From NCBI GenBank assembly GCA_964035545.1, contig OZ037771.1, positions 124,001 to 188,000 on the forward strand: a DNA stretch of 64,000 nucleotides, in the 5' to 3' direction. Position numbers and translations under genes: made by a program. Under the pieces are notes generated by a model that saw only the letters and a program-made list of their open reading frames with translations, was not told where the DNA came from and searched no databases. The stretch is from Bugula neritina (Eukaryota; Animalia; Bryozoa). Shown in pieces: positions 43,771 through 57,200 of the stretch. How positions within the stretch are numbered: position 1 is the stretch's first letter; the number at the start of each line of letters is the position of its first letter.

Positions 43771-45636
43771 TATAGTCTAGCTAAGATAACATATACAGAT
43801 TACAGATTATAATCATAAACTGACGACACACAATACGAGTGAATATCTAGAAACATGTCAATAGTCTTCCGTGACAGCATTGAAAATTTAATGCAAAAAG
43901 CATATGATGTAGAGAGCAAAATATAAAGTATAGCAGCTTGAAGCGTCAATACATGTATGCCTACTACCTAACCCACTACCAAAGAATTTACAAGTATTAT
44001 AACTTCATTGGTTTCAGTGATTGATATGTACTGTAGTAGTAAGACTAATACTGCACAAAACAGGCTATGTTGATACATGAATATACATATATTTAATTAA
44101 CTAATTATTCGTTATGGTAACTATAATTAGTTATAACTATTATCATTAGTACGTGTACTCATACTAGAGCCACTAGTTTTATTTGAGTTACTTATATTTA
44201 TAACCAGTCGACTACTAGGAACTTTAGACTTGACATTAATATTAATAAAATAACTAAAAGTAAAATAAAAATAAAAATTGAAAATTTTACGCAGTAAGTG
44301 TAACTCAGTCACAGAGAGAGTAGCTTACCCCTAAAGTGTTAGTTTGAGCTACAAACTTAATTTAATATGCTTAACGCCACAATGACGATACTGATAGACT
44401 GACACTGCCTACTGACTACTCATAGTCATACGGAGGCTAAAACTAAAAGTTACACTTATTTAAGTCATTCTTTGAGTTAGAGTAAAATCAAATTTAAAAT
44501 AGTAAAATATAACCACATCAACATATACATATGGTTTGAACTACACCACGATTACAAGTATTGTTTTATCGTATAAATAGTAACGTTTAAAAGCCTGACA
44601 GTGATTGAGTTTCTTGAAATACTTAGTGTTTTTTCTTTATGAAGCTGTATGAAAACTGAACGCTTGAGGAAGCTTAGGCGTTTGGGTTTTCCCCGAGGTT
44701 GTCTGTTAGCACGTCGCTACGCTCTGTTTGTAACATAGTAAAAGTTTTATCAAACTATAACTAGTTCATATCCGTTTGTCATAAAGTACCCGCATTAAAA
44801 TAACCCGGTGTTACTTTTAGTTGCAACAATATTTTTACTAATAAATGTTTAAATTTAATTTGTTTTAAATTGCTAAAAAATGTTTTAAACCAATTCATCA
44901 ATCACACAACGGACAAATTACCTCTCAACTTAGAAGGGCCGACTAGTTGTCTGCCCTTAGATTGAAAACTGCCCATGACCTGTTCTAGGCCTAGCATTCA
45001 AGAGCTCATAACATATAAATCATACTATCTATATGTATAGAAGAGAATTTTTATTAATATAGATTCCTGAGTTAGCATATAAACACCAAGTTTATCATTA
45101 AATACTGTTAGCTATCACCAGTCACACTACTGGATTGCTGTCAACGTTCCCACTACTTGCCGTCTGTCATCTACCACATCACTAGCCGCTGCCCGGCACA
45201 CTGCTAAAATTTTGTCACCATCGGTAGTGCATAACTACTGTTTGTATGGAAACCAACTAAAGTTACTCATTATACACGATGTTCACACAGTAATAATGTA
45301 CAGGTATGCACAGTCCCAGAAAGCTGTTTTACTGCTTTATAACAACCATGATTGTAGATATGAATCTATCCTTTTTTAGATTCCTAATTATATGTGTTGA
45401 ATATTAAAAAACCAAGACACATAGTTTACAAAGATAAAATTTATAATTTATTAATACGGTAAAAGTTACAGCATTTTAGTATCTCAGTATTTACACGTAT
45501 GCATGATTACAAGAAATGGAGAGCAGATATATTATAGTATAAAATATAATTTACAGAATAATAAAGTATTGATTACATAAGACAGACTATGCACATAGTA
45601 TGTAGACAGCGGGTTATACAAGTGAGAGTTGCCTTC

Positions 45637-47122
45637 TCAGTCATCCTCATTATCGGAGTTGTCTTTCCTAAGAGCAGGTCTGTTGGGATTGCTAATACAA
45701 TCATCATCTGATTGATCAGAATCACTGTAACTAGGGGGTAGCATGTCACTGTCAATCGGGGAGTTGTCGCACTTCTTCTCTGTTTTACTATCTGTGAATG
45801 ACTGCGGCCTGCAACCCATCTTATTATACATATCATCGTATACCATATCACCATATACTGCACAATATACTGCACAATATACTGTATATTATACTATATA
45901 ATATACACTATACAGTATATACTATATAATATACACTATACGGTATATACTATATAATATACACTATACGGTATATACTATTTAATATACACTATACAGT
46001 ATATACTATATAATATACACTATACGGTATATACTATATAATATACAATATACAGTATATACTATATAATATACACTCTATAATATACACTATACAGTAT
46101 ATACTATATAATATACACTATATAATATACAATATACAGTATATACTATATAATATACACTATATACTATATAATATACACTATACACTATATACTATAT
46201 AATATACACTATACAGTATATAGTAGTATATACTATATATTATACACTATACGGTATACGGTATATACTATATAATATACACTATACGGTATATACTATA
46301 CTATATAATATACTATATATTATACAATAATAAACTCACCACAAGCCATTCTCTTTGATGTATTTAATCTGCTCTTTATACAAAATGGCGGTTATTTCAG
46401 CCTTCACCTTGTCTCCTTCTTCAATGGGAGTCACCATAATGTAGTCATCTGGTAATTATCAACAGTGTAGAGTGTTTAGTATCAACAGTATAGAGTGTTT
46501 AGTATCAACAGTATATAGTGTTTAGTATTAACAGTATAGAGTGTTTAGTATCAACAGTATAAAGTGTTTAGTATCAACAGTATAGAGTGTTTAGTATCAA
46601 CAGTATATAGTGTTTAATATCAACAGTGTAGAGTAAGTATTAGTTAAACTTACTTTTTTTTATCCATACATTCCTTCTAAACTTCGTAGGCATGCTGACT
46701 AAGAACTTGTTATTGGCAGCATCACACACCTAAAATATACAGTATCCAGGTTGGTATCACATACAGAATATCAGCAGCCGTAGAGTTGGCAGCACACACC
46801 TCATATAGAGATGGCAGCACACACCTCATATAGAGTTGGCAGCACACACCTCATATAGAGATGGCAGCACACACCTCATGTAGAGATGGCAGCACACACC
46901 TCATATAGAGTTGGCAGCACACACCTCATATAGAGATGGCAGCACACACCTCATATAGAGTTAACAGCACACACCTCATGTAGAGTTAACAGCACATACC
47001 TCATGTAAATTATTCCCACAACTCGTCATGACACGCACTATCTTCTGGTTTTTTTCTGGAAGGACAAAGTCATCCAGAACCTCTTTGATAACATATTTTC
47101 TCTTTGTAGCTTTAGAAGTCAT
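45637..47122 (-). CDS. EIF1AD: Probable RNA-binding protein EIF1AD; exons 47122-47000, 46729-46654, 46448-46340, 45808-45637
   Basis: [30 protein letters not shown]|[18 protein letters not shown]|[22 protein letters not shown]|PQSF..NPNR with acidic tail. Confidence 0.95.
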
Positions 47123-47530
47123 TGTCTACAATAACATCTACTAGTATACAAGTCTACAATAACATCTACTAGTATACAAGCCTACAATAACATCTACTAG
47201 TATACAAGTCTACAATAACATCTACTAGTATACAAGTCTACAATAACATCTACTAGTATACAAGCCTACAATAACATCTACTAGTATACAAGTCTACATG
47301 ACATCTACTAGTATACAAGTCTACATGACATCTACTAGTATACAAGCCTACAATAACCGAGCAAACACCTACTCGTTATCATTCATTAGAATAGCGCAAA
47401 AACATCATTTCCAAAAATACTCATGTTTGTTTTCAACATGTTGACAATCTCCATGAGAACACTTTATAAACTCACTCACACAAGTTTATAGTTGTTTCCC
47501 TGTGAGAAACCGCTGATAGAAAGGTTTTTT

Positions 47531-47685
47531 TGTTAAAGCGGGCAAAGGACTTACTTAAATGAGGCACAGGAGTAATTATGACTAGATGCTCTTCCTAACA
47601 TCACCAACGGCCTTTGTCCGGCTCGAACCCATGACCTCGTGTTTACTAGGCAAACGCTCTAACCCCTAGACCCATGGCTGCTCCC
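47531..47685 (-). mobile_element. tRNA-derived SINE
   Basis: Minus strand GGGAGCAGCCATGGGTCTAGGGGTTAGAGCG..GAGGTCATGGGTTCGAGCC has A- and B-box-like motifs in a tRNA-like head, followed by a non-tRNA body and an A-rich tail. Confidence 0.75.
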
Positions 47686-47744
47686 TTGTGAGAACACTTG
47701 ATGAAAAAGGTTTTTAAACAAACTAAGAACATGCTTTTTATTGT

Positions 47745-47877
47745 GACAAAAAAAAGAATTATGACTGAATGACCTTTCTACCATTTCTAATGATCATTTT
47801 TAGGACTTGAACCACAAACCTGTGTTGACTACTATATTAGGCCAATGCTCTAGCCACTGGACAACCATTACTGCACA
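47745..47877 (-). mobile_element. Degenerate second copy of the same SINE, in tandem
   Basis: aattatgact..ggacttgaacc..taggccaatgctctagccactggac parallels aattatgact..ggctcgaacc..taggcaaacgctctaacccctagac of the first copy. Confidence 0.55.
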
Positions 47878-50073
47878 AAACACTTACACGATTTTCAAAG
47901 AAACAATAGCTGAGTACTAAAAAGTTCATCCCCAACATTAACTGTGAACAATATTGAAGATGCAATCATAATCATGACCGTAACCGGTAACAATCATGAA
48001 AAAGTTGAAGTACAACAAATATAATACTAATTTCTTAATTTAAATTATAATACCAAGTCTAATAGTAACATTTTAACTTTAGATTTAGATTACAATAAAT
48101 ATAAGTATTAATATTATAACTATAAGTATTAGTATTAACTATTAGTATTAGTATTAGCATTATCATTATGATAAAGTGATTATGAAAGTCAAATTGAAAT
48201 TGAATGTTCATAAACTTGAAGAAGGTGAAAAGTAATATCAGTATTACATTTGCTATTGGCACATTATTAATAATATCATTTCTATTGTTATTAATATTGT
48301 TATAAATATAAAATAATAGTGATGATTTAAATTAAAATCATTCACATTCACAAACTGAAACTGAAACTCAGACTGAGACTCCAAGTAATCTAAATCTCAA
48401 TACGTTTTAGAAAACATAAAAAACGTACACAAATTTATTAATTTGAAGCTAAATAATGGAAATGTTTACATTTTAATTATACATTTCAATATTCATACTG
48501 ATAGTGATATGCTCGTACAAAATAAAATATTACTATTACTATTAGTGATTAGCTTACGTCGTCATCATGATTATAACTAATGTTATCATTTAAATTACTA
48601 AGTTGACTCACTACACGTGAATAAACTGTAATATTCACTGAGCTGGAATAGACGAGGTTACATTACAAAGTACACCCGTACCCATTCCAGTTAATAATTA
48701 TTGAGTTCATTAGTAATATTCAAAGGGGTAGTGTTCGAACGATACACGATTCAACAGTCAAACAATTATTACTTTCTTAGAAACACAGGCATTCCTAGCT
48801 ACTCAAACAAAGGCAAATGTCGGAAAGAGGGAAAAGTGCGACGGCAATTGTATCGTCAATAGAAATCAATTTGTCCAATAACATCGCTGATTACAGCGAA
48901 TTTTTTCTTGCTGTCGAATTAAAATAGTTCAAGCAGAGCTCTCTAATTACTTAGAGTTGCTCACTATCAAGTTGAGTTAATTTTTCTGTCTAAACCATCA
49001 TCACTTCAGGATCAAGTTCATCTTGAACCGCAATATTAATATGAAGTTGAACATCAACCGAATCATAGATCATTGTCATAATCATAATATTGATTTTAAA
49101 TGTAGTGGTAATTTATTAATAATAAATATAATAATATTAATAATATTAATGAATATTAACTAAAATATTAATAATTAATATTAATAATATTAATTACTAA
49201 TCTTAATGATGATCTAAACGTAAAACTATATCAGGATATTGATAGTAATAATCATTATTGTTCTCAATATCATAATTCATATGCTTAAATTTAAATTGAT
49301 TGATCATCATGGTCTGTTGACGTTGTTGTTGACTTTACCACGTTTCATCATTACTCACTGTTGACTTCTGCTATTGAGTATTGACATTCACCTTGTCATT
49401 ATCAGTATTTTTATCTTTCACACAAATTAGTTTTACACTAGCATTGTGACTGTCATAATCATTATAATGATCATCATTATGATAATCATAATGACATTAT
49501 GATTGTCATTGTGATTATCATTGACATGAATTATGATTAATTTTTTTCTCGTCAAGTGTAACTTAGTATAAGTATAACTATATTTATTCAATTTTTAGTA
49601 ACATTCACAATAATCGCTTTATAATTACCTTAACTTATCGTTAATTTATAAAATTAATAAATACTATTAAATTGTCATCTACTCTGTAGGATTCTGATAA
49701 ATCGCATTGCTGAAATGTTAGCCATAAATTCTTATATTATACTAATAATACTAATAGGCATAGCTAATGATTGCTATTCAATTTACTTCAACTATAGCTG
49801 TAGCTGTAAGCAGTTTGTTTAGGATTAAAAGTTTCTTTAACTTTTCCTCAACTGTAGTCCTCGTTATAACAATTGCTCCTGGTAGCCTAGTTAAATAAGT
49901 TTTGTGCGATGTAAAGATAAACCTAAGTGGTCATGGTATTGATATGAGATGAATGCTGTTTGCAGAATCTGCCATCTTTCTCTGTGCCCTAAAAGACTTG
50001 CTAGTTCAACTATTCTTTGCTCCGTGTTTTCTGGCATCAGATTCTAGCAGATTTCTTCACACTAGACAAGACA

Positions 50074-53000
50074 ATGGACAGCAACAAATTTAGTGCGTGA
50101 GTATACATACTAGTCATATACATGATATTCTCATATACTAATCCTATACATATTGTCATATACTAGTCATATATTGCCATATGCTAGTCATATATGCTAG
50201 TCATATATGCTAGTCATATATGCTAGTCATATATGCTAGTCGTATATGCTAGTCGTATATGCTAGTCGTATATGCTAGTCATATATGCTAGTCATATATG
50301 CTAGTCATATATGCTAGTCATATATGCTAGTCGTATATGCTAGTCGTATATGCTAGTCATATATGCTAGTCATATATGCTAGTCATATATATTGGTCACA
50401 TGACTGCTAACACTGTTTGGCTTGTTTAGTTTAAAAGGGGATGACAGTGATGTAAGTGAAGATGAGGAATCTAAATCTAAGGACATTCTAAAGATACCAG
50501 TACAAGTATGTTACATTCACAGAGCATACTGTATTTCACCACTAAAGTATAGCATTCTTCTATGTCAAAGATAACAACTCTCACTCACTGTTTTACCACA
50601 GAAAGTTGAATGTCCGGAGGGGGAGCACCGACTCCAATATAACTACTCTTTATGGTTCTCTCGGAAAACTCCTGGGAAATCTAATCAAAGTTATGATCAG
50701 CACCTCAAGCATGTCACAACGTTTCCATCAGTAAGTCCTGTGCTGTCACATGTCTAGTGTCGCATGCCTAGTGTCGCATGTCTAGTGTCGCATGCCTAGT
50801 GTCGCATGTCTAGTGTCGCATGTCTAGTGTCACATGTCTAGTGTCGCATGTCTAGTATCACATGTCTAGTGTCACATGTCTAGTGTCACATGTCTAGTGT
50901 CACATGTCTAGTGTCACGTGCCTAGTGTCGCATGTCTAGTGTCACATGTCTAGTGTCACATGTCTAGTGTCACATGTCTAGTGTCACGTGCCTAGTGTCG
51001 CATGTCTAGTGTCACATGTCTAGTGTCACATGTCTACATTGGCTACACTATATACGCTCTACACTATTATATACACTGTATATGCTGTCTAGTAGCAACA
51101 CTTACACTGTCTAGTAGCTGCCCTTACACTGTCTAGTAGCTGCCCTTACACTGTCTAGTAGCAACACTTACACTGTCTAGTAGCAACACTTACACTGTCT
51201 AGTAGCAACACTTACACTGTCTAGTAGCAACACTTACACTGTCTAGTAGCAACACTTACACTGTCTAGTAGCAACACTTACACTGTCTAGTAGCAACACT
51301 TACACTGACAGTTTTGATTTTAGGTGGAGAGGTTCTGGGCATATTACAGTCACATATCTCGACCCAGTGATCTCTCTGGTCACAGTGATTATCATTTATT
51401 TAAAGAAACTATTCGACCAATGTGGGAGGTCAGTGCACATTTATAGTTTATCTGCTAATAGAATGTATGTAGTACGTCACATCACTGTAAGTAGTATGTC
51501 ACATGACTGTATATAGTACGTCACATCACTGTATTTAGTACATAGTGATGTATTTAGTATGTCACATGACTGTATGTAGTATGTCACATGACTGTATGTA
51601 GTACGTCACATGACTGTATGTAGGATGAAGCTAACCGAGAAGGTGGTAAGTGGATTGTTCGACTAAAGAAAGGTCTGGCATCTCGTTGCTGGGAGAACCT
51701 GATCGTGGCGATGTTGGGGGAACAGTTTATGGTGGGCGAAGAAATCTGTGGGGCTGTAATCTCTCTAAGATACCAGGTAGCGTGTAAGTCAGTACTCTGT
51801 AGTCAAGTCAGTACTCTGTAGTCAAGTCAGTACTCTGTAGTCAAGTCAGTACTCTGTAGTCAAGTCAGTACTCTGTAGTCAAGTCAGTACTCTGTAGTCA
51901 AGTCAATGCTCTGTAGTCAAGTCTGTACTCTGTAGTCAAGTCAGTACTCTGTAGTCAAGTCTGTACTCTGTAGTCAAGTCAGTACTCTGTAGTCAAGTCA
52001 GTACTCTGTAGTCAAGTCAGTACTCTGTAGTCAAGTCAGTACTCTGTAGTCAAGTCAGTACTCTGTAGTCAAGTCAGTACTCTGTAGTCAAGTCAATGCT
52101 CTGTAGTCAAGTCAGTACTCTGTAGTCAAGTCAGTACTCTGTAGTCAAGTCAGTGCTCTGTAGTCAAGTCAGTGCTCTGTAGTCAAGTCAGTGCTCTGTA
52201 GTCAAGTCAGTGCTCTGTAGTCAAGTCAGTGTGACATACTCTCGAACTGTTTGCAGGAAGACATTCTCTCGTTATGGAACAGAACTGCGTGTGACACTGT
52301 GGTCACATCACGCATACGAGACACGTTGAAGCGGGTTCTGAATTTACCTCCCAACACAATAATGGAGTACAAAACTCACAACGACAGTATCAAGTGAGTG
52401 ACAACTCCCAGCATTAGCATCCTCTGTCTACTCTGTGTATCTATCTATTGTCTATAGATCTCCCATCTGTCTACTGTGTATATCTATCTATTGTCTATAG
52501 ATCTCCCATCTGTCTACTGTGTATATCTATCTATTGTCTATATATCTCCCATCTGTCTACTGTGTGTATATCTATTGTCTATATATCTCCCATCTGTCTA
52601 CTGTGTGTGTATCTATCTATTGTCTATAGATCTCCCATCTGTCTACTGTGTGTATATCTATCTATTGTCTATATATCTCCCATCTGTCTACTGTGTGTAT
52701 ATCTATTTATTGTCTATAATATATCTCCCATCTGTCTACTGTGTATCTATCTATTGTCTATATGTCTCCCATCTGTCTACTGTGTGTATATCTATTTATT
52801 GTCTATATATCTCCCATCTGTCTACTGTGTGTATATCTATTTATTGTCTATATATCTCCCATCTGTCTACTGTGTGTATATCTATTGTCTATAGATCTCC
52901 CATCTGTCTACTGTGTGTATATCTATTTATTGTCTATATATCTCCCATCTGTCTACTGTGTGTATATCTATTGTCTATATATCTCCCATCTGTCTACTGT

Positions 53001-53406
53001 GTGTATATCTATTGTCTATATATCTCCCATCTGTCTACTGTGTGTATATCTATTTATTGTCTATATATCTCCCATCTGTCTACTGTGTGTATATCTATTT
53101 ATTGTCTATATATCTCCCATCTGTCTACTGTGTATATCTATTTATTGTCTATATATCTCCCATCTGTCTACTGTGTGTATATCTATCTATTGTCTATATA
53201 TCTCCCATCTGTCTACTGTGTGTATATCTATCTAGTGTCTATCTACTGTGTATAGGTTTATGCTATTTTAAGTTAGAAGTATACATTTGGTTATTAGTTG
53301 TATTGTGGCATTCCACTGTGTGGTAACATTTCTCTCTTACCACCGGAATATCCTTTATTACAGGGACAAGTCAAGCTACAGAAACACTGACGTGTTTATG
53401 AGGTAA
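50074..53406 (+). CDS. EIF4E2: eIF4E type 2 (4EHP); exons 50074-50096, 50430-50505, 50602-50730, 51324-51428, 51624-51776, 52257-52393, 53364-53406
   Basis: EHRLQYNYSLWFSR, S|VERFWAYYSH, HLFKETIRPMWE|DEANREGGKWIVRLKKGLASRCWENL..MLGEQFMVGEEICGAV, RIRDTLKRVLNLPPNTIMEYKTHNDSIK|DKSSYRNT: class II eIF4E signature. Confidence 0.97.
50160..53250. repeat. Private intronic arrays in EIF4E2 (13-bp 50160-50390; 14-bp 50745-51035; 22-bp 51085-51308; 19-bp 51786-52231; ~40-bp 52425-53250)
   Basis: Directly visible tandem units. Confidence 0.93.
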
Positions 53407-54227
53407 CAAACACTACATGATCCACATACCCCACTGTGCAGTATAGCCATTATATCTACATACTCAGACCACTGGATACATCTACATAAATACTGATATC
53501 ACTAGACACGTCTATATAGATACTGATATCACTGGATATGGATACATCTAAGCATTGGTGCATCTCTGCCAATAGTCATGCTGAATAAAATGGTGCAAAT
53601 TCTCATTTTGAAAATAATATTTGGTAAACTTTCATAAATACAAACAAATTTTACTCTTTCATCAGTTGTGTTTCTTATCATTCTGCTTGAATATCAGAAA
53701 TTGCTTCCCCGATAATTTAAACATCCATATTTGTGAAGCAACCTTAAATTAAATTACATATTAATTTGAATTTGGAAGACAACCAAAAAGGTATTTATTC
53801 TGCATTGAAATGTTATTGTAAAAATTAAGTAATAAACTGAAGAAGTATTCGAAATGATTTTGTATGGCAGCCTTGTTTATTTCAATTTATAATTATAAGT
53901 ATAAACACTTCAACTTTAAGTTAATGTAGAACGTAGTTGAACCGCCAGGTAAACTCAAAGCTTTGTTCTACACGACGGTATATCAGGTGAGACCCTTTTG
54001 AAGTAAGCGAAAGATTCCAGCTCTACTGTGAAATAATCTGTCTGGTTTATAAACATGAGTAACCTGTGTACTAGTAGGGGAGACTTAACCTGTGTACTAG
54101 TAGGGGAGACTTAACCTGTGTACTAGTAGGGGAGACTGAGGGAGTAGCCAGTAGTACTGGTAGCAACACAGGATGTGTGTGGCAGCCATATTATCTTGAG
54201 ATGACCTAGCAGCAAGGTGAAGGATGT

Positions 54228-57200
54228 TTAGACGTTGAAGTATTCTCTAGTCTGAACTTCCTGTTTACTAAGCTTCACTTTATAAGGCTGTCTTAGCAAG
54301 TATTGGCCAGTTATTAGGGCATCCCGTGTCTTTATAAGCCAATCACTGTACTGTATTCTGTCCAGCGTATATCTGTATATTAATAAACAACTATACAGTA
54401 TATACTCACTACTATATATACTATACAGTATATATAGTAGTGAGTATATACAGCATACAGTAGATAGTATACAATAGACGGTATATACAGTATACAATAG
54501 ACGGTATATGCAGCATACAGTATACAATAGATGGTATATACAGTATATATAGTAGATAGTATATATAGTATACAGTAGATAGTATACAATAGACGGTATA
54601 TACAGTATATATAGTAGTGAGTATATACAGTAGATAGTATACAATAGACGGTATATACAGCATACAGTAGATAGTATACAATAGACGGTATATACAGCAT
54701 ACAGTAGATAGTATACAATAGACGGTATATACAGCATACAGTAGATAGTATACAATAGACGGTATATGCAGTATATATAGTAGTGAGTATATACAGTAGA
54801 TAGTATACAATAGACGGTATATGCAGTATACAGTAGATAGTATACAATAGACGGTATATGCAGTATATATAGTAGTGAGTATATACAGTAGATAGTATAC
54901 AATAGACGGTATATACAGTATACAGTAGATAGTATACAATAGACGGTATATGCAGTATATATAGTAGTGAGTATATACAGTAGATAGTATACAATAGACG
55001 GTATATGCAGTATATATAGTAGTGAGTATATACAGTAGATAGTATACAATAGACGGTATATACAGTATACAGTAGATAGTATACAATAGACGGTATATGC
55101 AGTATATATAGTAGTGAGTATATACAGTAGATAGTATACAATAGACGGTATATGCAGTATATATAGTAGTGAGTATATACAGTAGATAGTATACAATAGA
55201 CGGTATATGCAGTATATATAGTAGTGAGTATATACAGTAGATAGTATACGATAGACGGTATATGCAGTATATATAGTAGTGAGTATATACAGTAGATAGT
55301 ATACAATAGACGGTATATACAGTATACCTGCAGTCTGGCGCATAGTCCAACATTCCAGACAGCAGATCACGTATCTCCTGGGAGAGCAGGTCACGCACAC
55401 AGGGAGTGAATGCGAAGGCGGAGGAATAGTTTTTGGCGAGACTGTGGGAGGGAGCAGTAGAGACTCCAGTGACCATCGAGTATAGACACGCCCCCAGAGA
55501 CCATACGTCTGCTCTCGCCACGTCGTAACTGGTCTTTGAATGGTTCACCGACTCTGGCGCCTGGAAACCTACACAGGAGACTCGCTGTGTACACAGTGAG
55601 CAATGAAGTACAGGCTATATATAAGACTGAGTTGGGGGTATGCAAACTCACCCGGTACACCAACAGATAGATATGTAGGAGCCATGGCTATTTCAGTCAC
55701 TTTTGACAAGTCTATGAGCTTCACCTCATTGGATCTGTTGAGTAGAAAGTGGTGGAGGGAGATGTTCCTAATAGCAAATCCTGTAACAGTATGTACAGCA
55801 CATATAGTAGTGTGTACTGTGTAGTATAATATAGTATACAGTATATATAGTAGTGTGTAGTATAATATAGTATACAGTGTACAGCACATATAGTAGTGTG
55901 TAGTATAATATAGTATACAGTGTACAGCACATATAGTAGTGTGTAGTATAATATAGTATACAGTGTACAGCACATATAGTAGTGTGTAGTATAATACAGT
56001 ATATAGTATAAGCAGTATATAGTATATAGAGTAGTGTATATAGTATAAGCAGTATATAGTGTATAGAGTAGTGTATATAGAGTAGTGTTGCTGTGCTAGG
56101 CCATCACCTTGCTGGTGTATGTAATTTACTGCAGAGAACATCTGACGGAAGTATTTAACTGCCACATTTTCTGTCATTAATTTAGTCTTTTCCAGGATAC
56201 GAGAGAGGCGGCCATTACAACAAAACTCTAGAAGGATGGCTGTTTTCCTGGACTTCGTATCTATAGCTAGAAAAGCATAATATATTACATTGCCAATGCA
56301 CTGTGAAGGTAACGATATTAAGGTAGTGATATGAAGATAGCGATATGAAGATAGTGATATGAAGATAGTGATATGAAGGTAGTGATATGAAGATAGCGAT
56401 ATGAAGGTAATGATATGAAGGTAATGATATGAAGATATTGGTAGTGATATGAAGATAGTGATATGAAGGTAGTGATATGAAGATAGTGATATGAAGATAG
56501 CGATATGAAGGTAGTGATATGAAGGTAGTGATATGAAGATAGCGATATGAAGGTAGTGATATGAAGGTAGTGATATGAAGATAGTGATATGAAGATAGTG
56601 ATATGAAGATAGCGATATGAAGATAGCGATATGAAGGTAGTGATATGAAGATAGCGATATGAAGGTAGTGATATGAAGATAGTGATATGAAGGTAGTGAT
56701 ATGAAGATAGTGATATGAAGGTAGTGATATGAAGATAGTGATATGAAGGTAGTGATATGAAGGTAGTGATATGAAGGTAGTGATATGAAGGTAGTGATAT
56801 TAAGGTAGTGATATCAAAGTAACGATATGAAGGTAGTGATATGAAGATAGTGATATGAAGGTAATGATATGAAGGTAGTGATATGAAGGTAGTGGTATGA
56901 AGATAGCGATATGAAGATAGTGATATGAAGATAGTGATACGAAGATAGCGATATGAAGATAGCGATATGAAGGTAGTGATATGAAGATAGCGATATGAAG
57001 GTAGTGATATGAAGGTAGTGATATGAAGGTAGTGATATGAAGATAGTGATATGAAGGTAGTGATATGAAGATAGTGATATGAAGGTAGTGATATGAAGGT
57101 AGTGATATGAAGGTAGTGATATGAAGGTAGTGATATTAAGGTAGTGATATCAGAGTAACGATATGAAGGTAGTGATATGAAGATAGTGATATGAAGGTAA

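Noticed and set aside
47600-47685. Functional tRNA gene
   Set aside because: The acceptor stem does not close and the sequence continues into a SINE-like body.
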